A DNA stretch of 64,000 bases from Scenedesmus sp. PABB004. Taxonomy: Eukaryota. Where the stretch lies: the NCBI GenBank assembly GCA_014905635.1, contig JABVCE010000013.1:496001-560000 (forward strand). Reading direction: 5' to 3'. Positions within the stretch are counted from its first letter, which is position 1, and each line of letters starts with the position of its first letter. The translations under genes and the position numbers were made by a program. This document shows positions 33,425-52,275 of this stretch, piece after piece. Under the pieces are notes generated by a model. That model was not told the origin of the DNA and made no database searches. It saw nothing but the letters and a program-made list of their open reading frames with translations.

Positions 33425-34924
33425 TCACTCGAGCGGCTCGCTGCGCGCCAGCACCTTGGCCGCGACCTCCGCCTCCAGCAGCGCCACCACGGGGTGCGCG
33501 CCGTCGAACGCCTGCGCGTGGCGGCGACGTGGGGCGCTGCGGCGCCGCACACGCGCACGACGCGCGGCCGCCCGCCAGACACGCCGCCGCACCTTGACCG
33601 CCGGGCGGCCGTCGGGGCCGTCGTACAGCAGCTCGCACACCGGCAGCAGCAGGCGCGACGTGCTGGTGACAAACGCGCCGCCCCAGCGCGCCGCGTCGGC
33701 GAGCCGCGGCGCCTCGAGCCGCACCGGCACGCGACGCTCCGCGCAGGCCTGGCGGCGGCGGCGGCGGCGGCCCGGCCCGGCTCGGCTCGGCTCGGCCCGC
33801 AGGCGCCACGCCGCGACGCCGCGGCCGCACCTGCAGCACGACCTCGCGCACGGTGCCGCTCAGCACGCCGTCGTTGGCGGTCACCACGGCGCCGTCCGCA
33901 TCGACGACGAAAAAGTTGCTGGTCAGGCCCTCGCTCAGCGCGCCGCCGGCGCCGGCGAGCACAACCTCGTCCACATCGGCCGGCCGGCCCGCCTCGAGCG
34001 CGCCGCGCTGCCGCACCCACTCGCTGTCCTTGGCCCTGGCGTTGACGCGCGGCGCGCCCCTGCGGCGGCGGCGGCGGGCGCGGCGGCGGGCGCGGCGGCG
34101 GTGCGCGCGCGCCCCGGCGCGGCGCGGGCCCGCCGGCGCTGGCGGCGCGAGCGCGCGCACCTGACCAGGACCTTGACCGGCGGCTTCGGCCGCGGCGGCA
34201 GCGGCTCGGCGTGGCACCACAGGTCGGGCCGGCCGTCGCCGCTCCACGTCAGCAGCACCGTCAGCTTGGTCTGCGCTCGCAGCGCCGACGACGCGCGTCT
34301 CAGCATCCGCCCCGGCCCGGCTGCAGTGCGCCGCGCCTCGCCCGCCGCACCTCGCCGCCCGGCGGTGCGCGCTGCTTGAGCTCCTGCAGCGCCGCGCGCA
34401 TGCTCCCCACCACGAGCGGGCGCAGCGCGTCGCTGTGGAATAGCGGCGTGTCGGCTGCCAGGTGGTCGGCGGCCTGCGCGCGGACCGGAGGGCGGCAGGG
34501 GCGCGCCGTGAGCTGCTCAGGCGCTGCTGGTGCTGCTGCTGCTGCTGATGGTGATGATGGCTGACGGTGGCTGACGCCGCTGCCGGCCCGCCCCCGCGCG
34601 CCGCTGGCGCACCCGGCTGTCGGCGTCGGCCATGAGGTTTGCCGATGTCGCCAGCCGCTGGACGTGTGAGCTGAGCATGAACACGAGGTCCCCCCGCACT
34701 GTGCGCGCCGTGGTGTAGGCGCCTGCGGCACGTCGGCGCGACGCGCGGTCGGCGCCGGCGCCGCGGCGCGGCCTGCAGCGCCGCCCACGCGCCGCCAAAC
34801 CTCGCGGCGCCGCCGAGAGCCACTCCTTGGCGTTGCAGTCGCAGGGCACGGTCTCGCCGTTGCGCACGAGCGCCCACTGCGCCGTGGCGGCGCCCGCCGC
34901 TGCTGGGGCAGCGGCGCTGCTCAT
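33425..34924 (-). CDS. Class IV (D-amino-acid aminotransferase-like) PLP-dependent enzyme; alternative ATG at 35020
   Basis: [66 protein letters not shown]. Confidence 0.88.
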
Positions 34925-35131
34925 CGCGCCCGCGCTGCAGCGCCGCTGGCCGGCAGCCCGACGAGACGTAAGAGCACACGCGGGAAGGCGGCAGCCGAGT
35001 GCGCCCGGCGCGGCGCTCATGCGGTCGGCGGCGGCGCGGGGTCGAGCTGCGCCGTGCGCTCGAGCGTGGCGTGCGGCGCTCGCGCTGCCGATGCTGCGCA
35101 GCTGTGCCCGCCTCGGCGTGCGGGCCACTGC

Positions 35132-35136
35132 TTACA
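35132..35136 (-). promoter_or_regulatory. TGTAA polyadenylation signal for the monooxygenase gene
   Basis: TTACA on + strand ~100 nt past the stop at 35239. Confidence 0.6.
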
Positions 35137-35238
35137 GGCCCCCCCAGACCCAGAACCGCTGCCGTCATGTGTCGCGCGCCCCGCGCTTCGTGGCGGGCCG
35201 CTTGAACGGCCAGGTCGTGAAGTGCGCGCCGCGGGACA

Positions 35239-37154
35239 TCAAGAACGACCGCCTCCGTCAGCCGCCGCCGGCGCGGTGAGCGTGCCGCAGTCAAAGTCGG
35301 TGTGGTCCAGGAAGTGCGCGGGGTTGAAGGCGCGCGACAGGAACGCGTCGCGCGCAGCCTGCACGAGCGGGAACGGCAGCTGCAGCGCGGCGCCAAACGC
35401 CCACGACCGCAGCGTGAGCGGCAGGCAGCGCGACGCGCGCGCGGCCTCGAAGGCGCGCAGCGCGCCCGCGAGCGCCGCGGGGTCGCTGCCGGGCCGCCGC
35501 CGGGGCCGCCGCCGCCGCCGGCCAGCAGCGGCGCGAGCGTGCGCGCGAGTATGACGCCGTCCTCGAGCGCGGTGCACCCGCCCTGGCCCAGGTTGGGCGT
35601 CATCGGGTGCGCCGCGTCGCCGACGAGCGTGACGCCGCCGCGGCCGACCGCGCCGCGCGTCCAGCGGTCGCGGATGCCGCTGCGGGTGATGCTCTCCGGC
35701 GGCGTCGCGCGCACCGCGTCAGCGATGCCCCACGACCAGCCCTCCACGGCGGCAAGCGCCTCGGCGACGCGCCCCGCCGCGTCGCCGGGCGGCGCGGCCT
35801 GCGCGCGCGCGCGCGCGCGCGCGCGGGCGGGCGCGCGGCGCTCGGCGCGGCGCGCGCCCGCCGGCTGGCCGCGGCCGCTGCGGCCGCGCTGCGCGTGCGC
35901 GGCGTGGTGTCTGCCGCGCGCGCGCGCGCCTGCTCGTCTGCATTGAAGCAGATGAACCAGTAGGCCTCGGAAGGCGTGACCGGATACATCCCCGCCCGGA
36001 CGCCCCCGCCAAACACCTGGCGGATTGTGTCGGGCGGCAGCGGCAGCCCGCCGTCCGGGAAGCGCGCCAGGCCCCTGCGCCGCCGCCGGCGCGCGGGTGA
36101 GGGGCCGGCCCGCGCGGCGGCGGCGCGCGCCGGGCGGCGGCGCGCGCCCGGCAGCGGGGCGGGCTCCGCCGGCTCACCGGTACGCCGTGTAGCCGGCGTA
36201 GCGAGGCGGGGGCAGGCCCAGGTGCGACGACGCGACAATGCTGCGCGCGCCGTCCGCGCCGACCAGCACGTCGCAGCCCAGGGTGCGGCCGTCGGCCAGC
36301 CGCAGCTGCGGCTTGCCTGCGGCGGCAGCGGTTGCGGCGGCGGCGGAGGCGGCCGTCGCCGCGTGCGGCCGTCGTCGCCCGGCGCGCCGCGCCGGCGCCC
36401 GCGGCGCCGCACCGTCGTCGCTGATGGCTGCGAGCTGGGCGTTGTACTGCACGCACCCGGCCGGCAGCTCGGCCGCGAGCGCGGCCAGCAGCGCCGCACG
36501 CGACACGCCGCGCGTCTCGGTCGACGCTGCGGCGCACTCGGCAAACGCAAACGCCCGCAGCAGCCGGCCGCTGCTGTTGACCAGCTCCACGCTGCGGCGG
36601 GCGCGGCGGCCGTGAGCGGCGCTGCTGGCGCGACCGCCGCGGCGCCGCGCTGGCGGGCCGCTGCGCGCACCGCTGCAGCGGCAGGTTGTCGGCGCGCAGC
36701 TGCCCCACGCCCAGCGCGTCCAGCGCGCGCCACGCGTTGCTCCACAGCGCCACGGCAGAGCCCTCCTGCCGCAGCGCGGGCGCGCGCTCCAGCACAGTCA
36801 CGGGCACGCCGAGCTGCGCCGCCGGCGCCGGCGCGGGGCGGGGGGCGTCGCGGGTGAGGCGGGCGGGGTGTGCGCGGGGCTCCCGCACGCCTGCGGTGCG
36901 CGCACCTTGTGCAGCCCCACCGCGGTGGCGAGGCCGGCGAGCCCCGCGCCGACAACGGCCACGGTGACGTGCTGCTCGCCGGCCGCTGCCGCCGCTGCGC
37001 GGGTGCCGGCGCGGCGCCGCGCGGCGGCGCCGCCGCTGCGCCGACCTGGGCAGCGCGCCAGCCCAGGCACAGCGCCTGGGCATGGGCCGCCGCCGCCCGG
37101 CGCTCGCCGCGCGGCGCAGCGGCCGCCGGCGCTGCTGCTGCTGGCGCCTAGCAT
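35239..37154 (-). CDS. FAD-dependent aromatic monooxygenase (group A), 6 exons
   Basis: [63 protein letters not shown]; apparent -1 frameshift at ~35492. Confidence 0.92.
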
Positions 37155-37482
37155 CGCAGCTGCTGCTGCAGCGGTCGCGGTGTGGACACCACAGTTGGAC
37201 GCGTCCGGGGCTGGCGGCAGAGCGGCGAGGCACGTGAGCCCGGTCGCGCGGCCTGGCGAGCGCGCCGCCGGGGCGCAGCGGCCGGCGGCTTTGGCGATCG
37301 ATCAGTGCGCTGGTCGCGCCGCCGCGCTCTACCCAGTTTGCGCCTCCCTCTCACACGCAATCGGCAGCCAGGCACCGCAGCAGCGGCAGCAGCAGCAGCG
37401 CTCGCCAGCCGCGCACCAGGCCTCCCTCCCCTCCCTCACGGCGCTCGTCACCGCCGAAAGTCACTCTCGCGCTCGTCGCGAC

Positions 37483-38282
37483 ATGCTCGCACACGCGCGC
37501 CGCGCGGCAGCGCCGGCCGGCAGCAGGGGCGCTGCTCCGCGCGCCGCGCCGCTCGGGACGGCGTGGCGCAAGGGCTGTGCCTGCAGGGCGGCACCGGGTG
37601 CGGCGGCGCCGGCGGCCGGGGCAGGCACGTGCGCCGCAGCGGCGGCGCGGCGCGTCTGACCGCCCGTCCCCCGTCGCCGCGCCGCGCGCCCGCCCCAGCG
37701 CCCGGGCAGAAGCAGCCGCAGCTGGCGCTGCACATCGGCGAGACCACCATCCAGCTGCCCTTCAGCCCCACCCAGGCGGCGCGGCTCGACGGCGCGCTGT
37801 CGAAGCTGCTGCAGACGTTTGCCGACAAGCAGGCCGCCGAGCGGCCCCGGAGGTGGGGCCGCGCGCCCCGCCCCAGCCGCGGCGCGCCCGTCGCAGCCGC
37901 CCCGCGACCGCCGCCGCCACCCGCCCGCCACGCTTGACCTGCCAGGTGGGACATGATGGAGGTGCGCTTCACCGGCGCAGAGGCGGGTGAGGGCCTGGAG
38001 CTGCTGGAGGTGCGGCCGCGCCCGGCCGGGCCGGGCGCCCCCCCAGCTGGACCCAGCGCGCGGCCGCCCGCGCCTCCGCCGCGCCGCGCGCACGGCGAGG
38101 CCCGCCCGCCGGCGGCGGCGCCGCAGGTGTTCTGCAACCCCAACGCGCACGCGACCGCGTTTGACGCAAAGCTGCTCGTCACGGTCAAGGCGAGCGGCGG
38201 GCTCAACGTCGTCGCGGAGGGCCGCCTCAGCGGCGTGAAGGCCGACCTGGACGCGTACCTCGCGGGCGCGCCGGCTAGCTAG
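37483..38282 (+). CDS. Small conserved plastid-type protein resembling a cyanobacterial hypothetical family, 4 exons
   Basis: Ala/Arg-rich transit-like leader; LALHIGETTIQLPFSPTQAARL...MEVRFTG..LE|VFCNPNAHATAFDAKLLVTVK..VKADLDAYL. Confidence 0.7.
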
Positions 38283-38498
38283 CCGGCCCGACGCCCGGCG
38301 CGGCGGCGGCGGCGGCGGCACCGGGCGGCAGCAGCGGCCCGGGCGAGTGAGTGACGCGCGCAGCAAAACCCACGCACGCGCCTCCCGCGCGCTTGTCCGC
38401 GCTCCCCGCACCCGCGTCCGCTCACCTGGGCGTTCCGGGAGCAGCACAGCGCCCAGAACGAAAAAGCCCTCGCCCATCACCCGGCGCGGTCGCTGGCC

Positions 38499-40294
38499 AT
38501 GGCGCGCCTGGCGCTCGCTGCGCTGCTGCTGGCGCTCTCCGTGGCTGCTCGCGCCGCTCCCAACCTCTCCGGAGCCGCGCAGCATCAGCGCCTCCAGCCG
38601 CAGGTGCGCGCCGGCCGCTGGCGCTGCTGCGCCGCTCCCCGCCGCTCACCCACGGCGGCCGCCGCAGGACGCGAGCCTGGAGCGCTTCAGGTCGTGGGCG
38701 GAGCAGCACGGCAAGTCGTACCTGGGCGACCGCGAGGAGTTTGCGCGCCGCCACGCCGTGTGGGCGGCCAACGTCGCGCGCATCGCCGCGGCCAACGCGG
38801 CCGCCGTGGCGCGCGGCGGCGCCCCGACGGCGGGCCTGACCGCGCACGCCGACGCCACGCGCGAGGAGTTTGCGGCGCGCTACCTCGGCGCGCCGATGGC
38901 GCCGCGCGCGCCGCAGCAGGCGCGCGGCGGCCTCGCCGCACTGCTCCTGGACCGCCTCGGCCTCGGCGCGCTCCTGCTGGGGGGGCGCCCCGACGCCGCG
39001 GTGCACTGGCGCTACGAGCACGTCGTGCCCCCCGCGTCGGCGGACTGGCGCGGCGCGGCGCCGCGCGTGCTGGGGCCGATCAAGGACCAGCACGTCAACG
39101 GCACGCCCTGCGGCTCATGCTGGGCCTTCTCGGCCGTGTCGATCATGGAGATTGCGAGCGCGATGACCACGGGCTCGGTCGTGAGCGGCAGCGAGCAGCA
39201 GCTCATCGACTGCGACCGCAAGCGCGACCACGGCTGCGAGGGCGGCGGCTGGCTCAACGCGATCATCTACACCATCAAGGTGGGGCGCGCGCGCGCGACG
39301 AGGCAGCCTCGCGCGGCGCGCGGCAGCGCGGCGAGGCTCGCGCGGGGAGGCTCGCGGCGCGCGGCGGCGCGCCTGCTGCGCACCCGACGCCGCCGCCCAG
39401 AAACGACACACTCACACACACACGCACACGCACGCACTGCCGCGTGCCGGCAGAACAAGGGCCTGACCGAGGAGGCCAAGTACCCCTATACCGGCGTCGA
39501 CGGCTCCTGCGACAAGGCGCTCGAGACCGAGAAGTGCGCGCCGCCGCGCCGCCGCCGCCGGCCGGCCCGCGCGCCGCCCGGCCGCGCGCCGCCCGCGCCC
39601 CGCTGCCGCCCAAACGCCGCCCACACGCGCGCCGCCCGCGCGCGCCGCCGTTGCTGCCGTTGTTGTCGCGTGCCTGACATCAGGCACACGCTGCGCGTGG
39701 ACAGCTGGGAGGACGTGCCGTTCAGCAACGAGACCGCGATGACGCAGGCGGTGAGCGTGACGCCGATCATCACTGCGATCTGCGTGGGGCCCGCCCTCGA
39801 CGACTGGCACCACTACGCGGGTGCGCCGCGCGCACGACGCAGCCGCCGCCGCAGCCGCCGCCGCCGCCGCCGCCGGGGCGCCGCGGGGCCCCTGCACGCG
39901 CGCGCGCCGCCCGCCCTCGACGACTGGCACCACCACTACGCAGGCGGCATCTTTGACGCGCCGTGCTGCGAGAAGGAGAAGGAGGTCGCGCTGGACCACG
40001 GCATCGTGGTCGTCGGCTACGGGGAGGAGGGCGGCGTGCCGTACTGGGTCCTGAAGAACAGCTGGGGAGAGGGCTGGGGCGAGAAGGTGACGCCCGCGGG
40101 CGCGCGGGGCGCGGGGCCGCGGCGGGGGAGGTCGCGCTGGTGTGACGGCCGCCGCGCCGCCCGCCCGCCCGCCCGCCGCCTGGCATCACTCGCCGCAGGG
40201 CTTCATGCGCATTCGGCGCAACCACGGGAAGGACGGCAAGTGCCGTCTGGCGATGTATCCCGCTATGGTGTTCCGCCGGCCGCTGCCGGCGTGA
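38499..40294 (+). CDS. Papain-family (C1A) cysteine protease with signal peptide and I29 prodomain
   Basis: FRSWAEQHGKSY, SADWR, IKDQ..CGSCWAFS, SEQQLIDCD, GCEGG, LDHGIVVVGYG, YWVLKNSWGEGWGEK|GFMRI. Confidence 0.95.
39789..39943 (+). repeat. ~33-nt direct repeat flanking an intron
   Basis: GCCCGCCCTCGACGACTGGCACCACTACGCGG (39789-39820) and GCCCGCCCTCGACGACTGGCACCACCACTACGCAG (39909-39943). Confidence 0.9.
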
Positions 40295-40840
40295 GCGCCG
40301 GCGTGAGCGCCGGCGCGCCGGCGTCGGCGGGCGCGCGGCGGGCGGCGCGCCAGCCGGCCCCGCGGGAGGAGCGCCTGGTGCGGCGGGTCAGGGGAGGGGC
40401 GCGGCGGGTGGGGGCACCGGGTGGGACCGCTGGCAGCGCGCCGCGAAGGACCATGCATGGTCCTATGGCATGGTCATATGACCGGCGTGCTGCGCGGCGG
40501 GGGGAGGCCTCGCCATCGTGCGCCGATCGTGAGGGGGCGGTAACCACTCGTTACCGAGAGTGCCTGAGCCTGCGCGCGCGCGCGCGCAGGCGGCCATGCG
40601 GCCGCAGAGCAGGGACAGGGCGACGCGCCATCGCCACCTGCAGGCGCGGCGGGGCCAGGCGGCCGCGCGCCGCGCGAGTCAAGTCAAGTCAATCACGCAC
40701 CCGCCGCCGCGATGGCAGGCGGCAGGGCAGGGGGTCCACTCGCGGAGGCCCCTCATCATACACGCGCGCCGAGCACGCCCGCGCTGATGTACACACGCTC
40801 GCTCGCTCACTCTCGCGCGCCCTCTCTCGCGCCCGGCCGC

Positions 40841-42175
40841 TCAAAATTCGAGCCCCAACGCGCGCAGCTCCGCCTCGAGCGCGTCGGCGCCCGTGAAGCG
40901 GATGGCCGCCATGCCGGCCGCCGCTGCGGCGTCGACGTTGGGCTGGCGGTCGTCCACAAAAATGCAGCGCGCCGGCGGCAGCGAGAGCGCCGCCGTGACC
41001 GCGCCGTAAGCCTCGGGCGCGGGCTTGCGCAGGCCCTGCGGCGCGCGGGGCGGCGGGCGCGCGGGCGTCGGCGCGCGCCGGCGCGCCGCGGCGCGGCGCG
41101 GCAGCGGGGCGGCACACGGCACGACGCGCAGGCAGAAGGAACGACGGCCAAGCAGCGCGACAGAGGGGGCGAGCGCTCAGAAGCCAAGCGTTCAAGCAGA
41201 TCGGTCTTTTCACTGACGGCACCGCAATTGATCCGTTGCTGGTGCCTCAAAGGAGTGACGATCATCACCGCGCCACCGCCCCCGGCCCGACCGCAGCGCA
41301 CGCACGCAGCACACGCGCGAGCACGCAGCACGCACGGCAGCACGCAGCGCACGCAGCACACGCGGCGGCGCGCGCGGCGCACCCGCATGGGCCCCTCGCA
41401 GGAGACAAACGTCCAGTCCAGGTAGTCAGACAGGCGAAGCTTGCCCTCGATCAGCCGGTACCTGCGACGGCCGGCGACGACCGGCGCGCAGCGGCGAGGT
41501 GGCGCGGCGCGGCGCGGCGCCAGCGCCCCCAGCCTTCCACGGCTGCCCGGCCGCGCGCCCGGCCGCGCGCCCGCCCGCGCGGCGCCGCCGCGCACCAGGT
41601 GGGGTAGTTGCTCATGGCGTGCATGGCGTACCCTGCGCCCTTGAGGCGCGACAGCAGCGCCGGCATGCCCGGGACGTAGGCGTAGTGCTGGACCATGTGG
41701 GCGACGAGGCCGGCGCCGTCGACGGGGCGCCCGTCGGCGAAGAAGCGCGCCAGCAGCGCCGCCTCGTCGATCTCGCCGCGCTCAAACTCGACCCACGCGG
41801 TCGGGTGCTTCGCGCCGAGCAGCTCCTGCGGGTGCGGGTGCGGCGGCGGCGGCGCGAGCGCGTGAGTACCGCCGGCTGGCGCCGCGCGCGTGCGCGCGGC
41901 CGCCCGGGCTGCTCGGCGCGCCGCACCTTGAAGGTCATGTTGAAGAACCGCGGCATGTGCTCGAAGAACGGGTCCGCCACGATGGTGTCCATCACGTCCA
42001 GCAGCAGCACCGGCGCACCGTCCGCGGCGGCCGCCACGCCGCCGGGAGCAGCGGCGGCGGCCGCCGCGCCTGCTGCCGCGCCGGCGCCGCGCCGGGCGGC
42101 CATGGGCACGGGCGCCGCGGGCGCGGCGGCTCCCCGGCCACTCACGGACCGGCCGCCGCGCAGATGCGCGCGCAT
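40841..42175 (-). CDS. FHY1: HAD-family FMN hydrolase (chloroplast FHY1-like), 4 exons
   Basis: VLLLDVMDTIVADPF..FFNMTFK|ELLGAKHPTAWVEFERG, SNYPTW|YRLIE, RKPAPEAY, CIFVDDRQPNV. Confidence 0.88.
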
Positions 42176-42520
42176 GGCGCGCCTGCGGGCCGACGGCGCG
42201 GCCGGCCGGCCGCTGGCGAGAACAGCGATCGCCCTGCTGCGCGTGGCAGGGCGCGAAGGGAAGGGCGCACTCCCGGCGAGCGCACGGCGCGGAATGGGCG
42301 GCCGACGAGCGGCGCGCGCGCCAGGGGAGGGTCAGAATCGCTGAAACTCGGGTCCCGCTCAACCGCGATCGGCACTTGCCAGCGGCCCCACCGAGCGTGC
42401 CAGACGCGCCCCCACGACGTCCTCCGCAGCGCTGCATCCCGCCACGCCGCGCCAGCGCGCTGCTGCCACACCGCCGCTCGCGCAGGCGCGCCGGCTCGCG
42501 CCGCGGGGCGTCCCACCGCC

Positions 42521-44276
42521 ATGCAGTCGGCGCTGCGGAGCGCCTGCGGCGGGCGCCTGGCCCTGGGCCAGCGCCGCGGCTCGCAGGCGTCGCTGATGGG
42601 CGCCGGCAAGCGCGCCAGCAGCGGCGCGCGGCCGCAGGCCATCCAAATCGCGGGTGCGCGCACCGATCTGGAGCCGCAGGCGGCGCCGCGGCGCGCCACG
42701 TGGCGCGCGGCGCGCACGGGCAGCGGCGGCGCGGCAGCAGCGGGCGCTGCTGCGCGGCCCGGCCCGCCCATGCGCGCCGGCCGCGCGCAGAGCACGCGGC
42801 CTACGTCTCCGAGGTGGCCGTGGTGTCCTGCCCGAAGCGCCTGCCCGCGCTGCTCAAGGCGCGCGCGCGGCACCGGCGGGCGGCGCGGCGCGTGTGGGCA
42901 GCGGCCGCGCCCGCCGCCCGGCGGCCGAGGCCTGCGCGCGGCGCCCCCCGCCCGCAGGTGCTGGAGGCGCAGGGCCACTCGCTGCTGTCGCCGTCGGACC
43001 GCGCCGGGCTGCACCCGCTGGTTATCCCGCTGTCCACATTTGACGCGCCCGGCGGCGCCGGCGTGCTGGGCCTGCTGCGCTGGCCGCAGCCGGGCGGGCA
43101 CAAGGCGATGCCGCTGCCGCTGGTCTCCATGACCCGCGAGGGCCGCGGGCTCACGCTGCTGGCGCGCAGCGTGGACGAGTACTTGCACCGGTGAGGGGCC
43201 GCGGCGCCCGCAGCGGCGGCAGCTCGCAGCAGCGCGCGGCAGCGCCGCAGCCGCGCGCCGGCCGAGCGCGCCGGCTGAGCGCCCGCGCGTCCGCGCGCCC
43301 GCGCGCGCGCGCCGTGTGCAGGCTGCTGGCGGAGGAGGACGTCGCGGCGGGGCCGGGCGCCGTGAGCGCGGCCGCGGGCGAGGCCGGTGAGGAGCTGTAC
43401 GCGCCGGGCGGCGTCGAGGCGGCGGGCTTTGAGCCGGCAAAGCTCAACCTCTACCTCATCCGCAAGGTGAGGAGCTCAGCTCAGCTCAGCCGAGCCGAGC
43501 CGAGCCGAGCTGAGCGCGGCCGCCAGCTCGGCGAGGCAGGGACGTGGGGCGGGCGCAGCGCGCGCGCAGCGGCCGGCGCCGACGTCCGCGTCGCCGCCGC
43601 CGCCGGCAGGTGGGCATGTTCCCTGACGTGTGCGAGGCGCTGTCGCTGGGGCACCTGGGGCGCGGGGACGAGACGAGCGCGATGGTCGCGAGCGAGTGGT
43701 ACATGCGGAACAACCACTTCCCCGGCTGGGGCCGGCCCTACGAGTTTGCGTCCGAGCTGTTCCAAAAGGCGCGGCGCGCGCGCACGGGCGCGGGCGGGCG
43801 GGCGCGGGCGCGCGGCGGGCGCGGGCGGGCGGCGGGCCCGGGCGCGGGCCGGCGGCGGGCGGGGGCTTGCACGAGCGCCGCCGCGCCACCACCGCCGCCG
43901 CCGCCGCGGCGCGCAGATCGGGAAGCGCGAGGAGGAGGCGCGCGACATGGCGCGCTACGCGCTGCGCAACCCGTGGTGGAGCCTCTCGGCGTTTGAGTCG
44001 ACGCGGCGCACGAGCGCGATCGCGGGCGACGCGAAGCAGGTGCACTGGCAGCTCAGCGCGGAGGCGACCGAGGCGTCGACGAGCGCGGTGACGGGGTTCA
44101 ACTATAAGGAGCCCCGCACGCCGGAGCAGGTCGCGCTCGACGACGCGGCGCAGCTGATGGACCTCGTCGCCGCGGGCGAGGGCAGCTACGCGGGCGTCAC
44201 GGCGGCGCTGGCCGACGCGTACAGCCGCGCCGGGCTGAAGGACGTCGCCAACTTCATCGCAGCGGCCAGCGCCTGA
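42521..44276 (+). CDS. PAB: PROTEIN IN CHLOROPLAST ATPASE BIOGENESIS (PAB)-like, 6 exons
   Basis: GLHPLVIPLS, LLRWP, LLARSVDEYLHR|LLAEED, K|VGMFPDV, HFPGWGRP, EARDMARYALRNPWWSL. Confidence 0.82.
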
Positions 44277-44537
44277 GCGCCGCGCCGGCGGCGACGACGC
44301 GCCCGGCCGGCGCGTGCGCGCGCTGTGCTGTGCGCGGGCGCGGGCGCCGCGGCGCGCCGCGCGGGCAGGCGCGCGGCCGCCCGCCGGCGCCTCGCGGCGA
44401 GGGCGGGGCGGGGCGGGGCCCGCATTCCTTGCGCGCCCGTCAGAATGGGCGGCGCTCTGGCTGGCTGCTGGGACAGCCGAACCGGACCGCGCGGCGCCTG
44501 CTGCGCCCCCAAGTAAGATGAGACCTGACCCACAACT

Positions 44538-44542
44538 TTACA
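44538..44542 (-). promoter_or_regulatory. TGTAA polyadenylation signal for CSB
   Basis: TTACA on + strand ~130 nt past the stop at 44670. Confidence 0.6.
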
Positions 44543-44669
44543 GCGCGCCCGCCGCCGCCGCCGAGGCGGGCCCGGCGTCCGCAGCGCGCCAAGAATGCGT
44601 CCGGGGGCAGCTTGTGCAGCTGCCCTCCTCCTGCGCCCCCCTGCTGTCACACACGCCCGCGCGCCACGC

Positions 44670-51867
<7,198 letters not shown>

Positions 51868-52275
51868 TTCGCGGGGCTGCGCGCCAGCAGCGCCTGCAAC
51901 CGTTCTGCCTCCGCCGCTGCTGCTGCTGCCGCCGCCCCACGCGCCGCCGGCGGGCGCAGGCGGCGCGCGCGGGACCAGCGCTGTGCCTGTCCACGGGGGG
52001 CAGCGCGCATGGGCGGGCCTCACCTCATGCGGGGCGCCACGACACGTCACGGCGGCGCAGCGCGGCGCCAAACCGCGGCGCCACACCACCTGCCAGCGCG
52101 CAGCCCCACGCTACAGCCCATTTCCTCGTCCGTGCGCTGAGGTGGCCGCGCGCGCGGCCCCGGGCGACGGCGGTCAACGTGGCGCCGCTGTGCGGCCGCA
52201 TCGCGCGGCGCAGCGCTGGCTGACCACGCCCCCGCGGCGTGGCGCTAGGGAGCGAGCGCGACCAGTGTACGCACA

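Noticed and set aside
32538..35747. 1069-aa ORF as a monooxygenase/aminotransferase/Cys-rich fusion
   Set aside because: Chance read-through across three separate intron-containing genes, each with its own start and stop. A TGTAA lies between the first two.
33425..37154. Monooxygenase plus aminotransferase as a biosynthetic gene cluster
   Set aside because: Only adjacency supports it. Both families have unlinked plant homologs and there is no scaffold-forming enzyme nearby.
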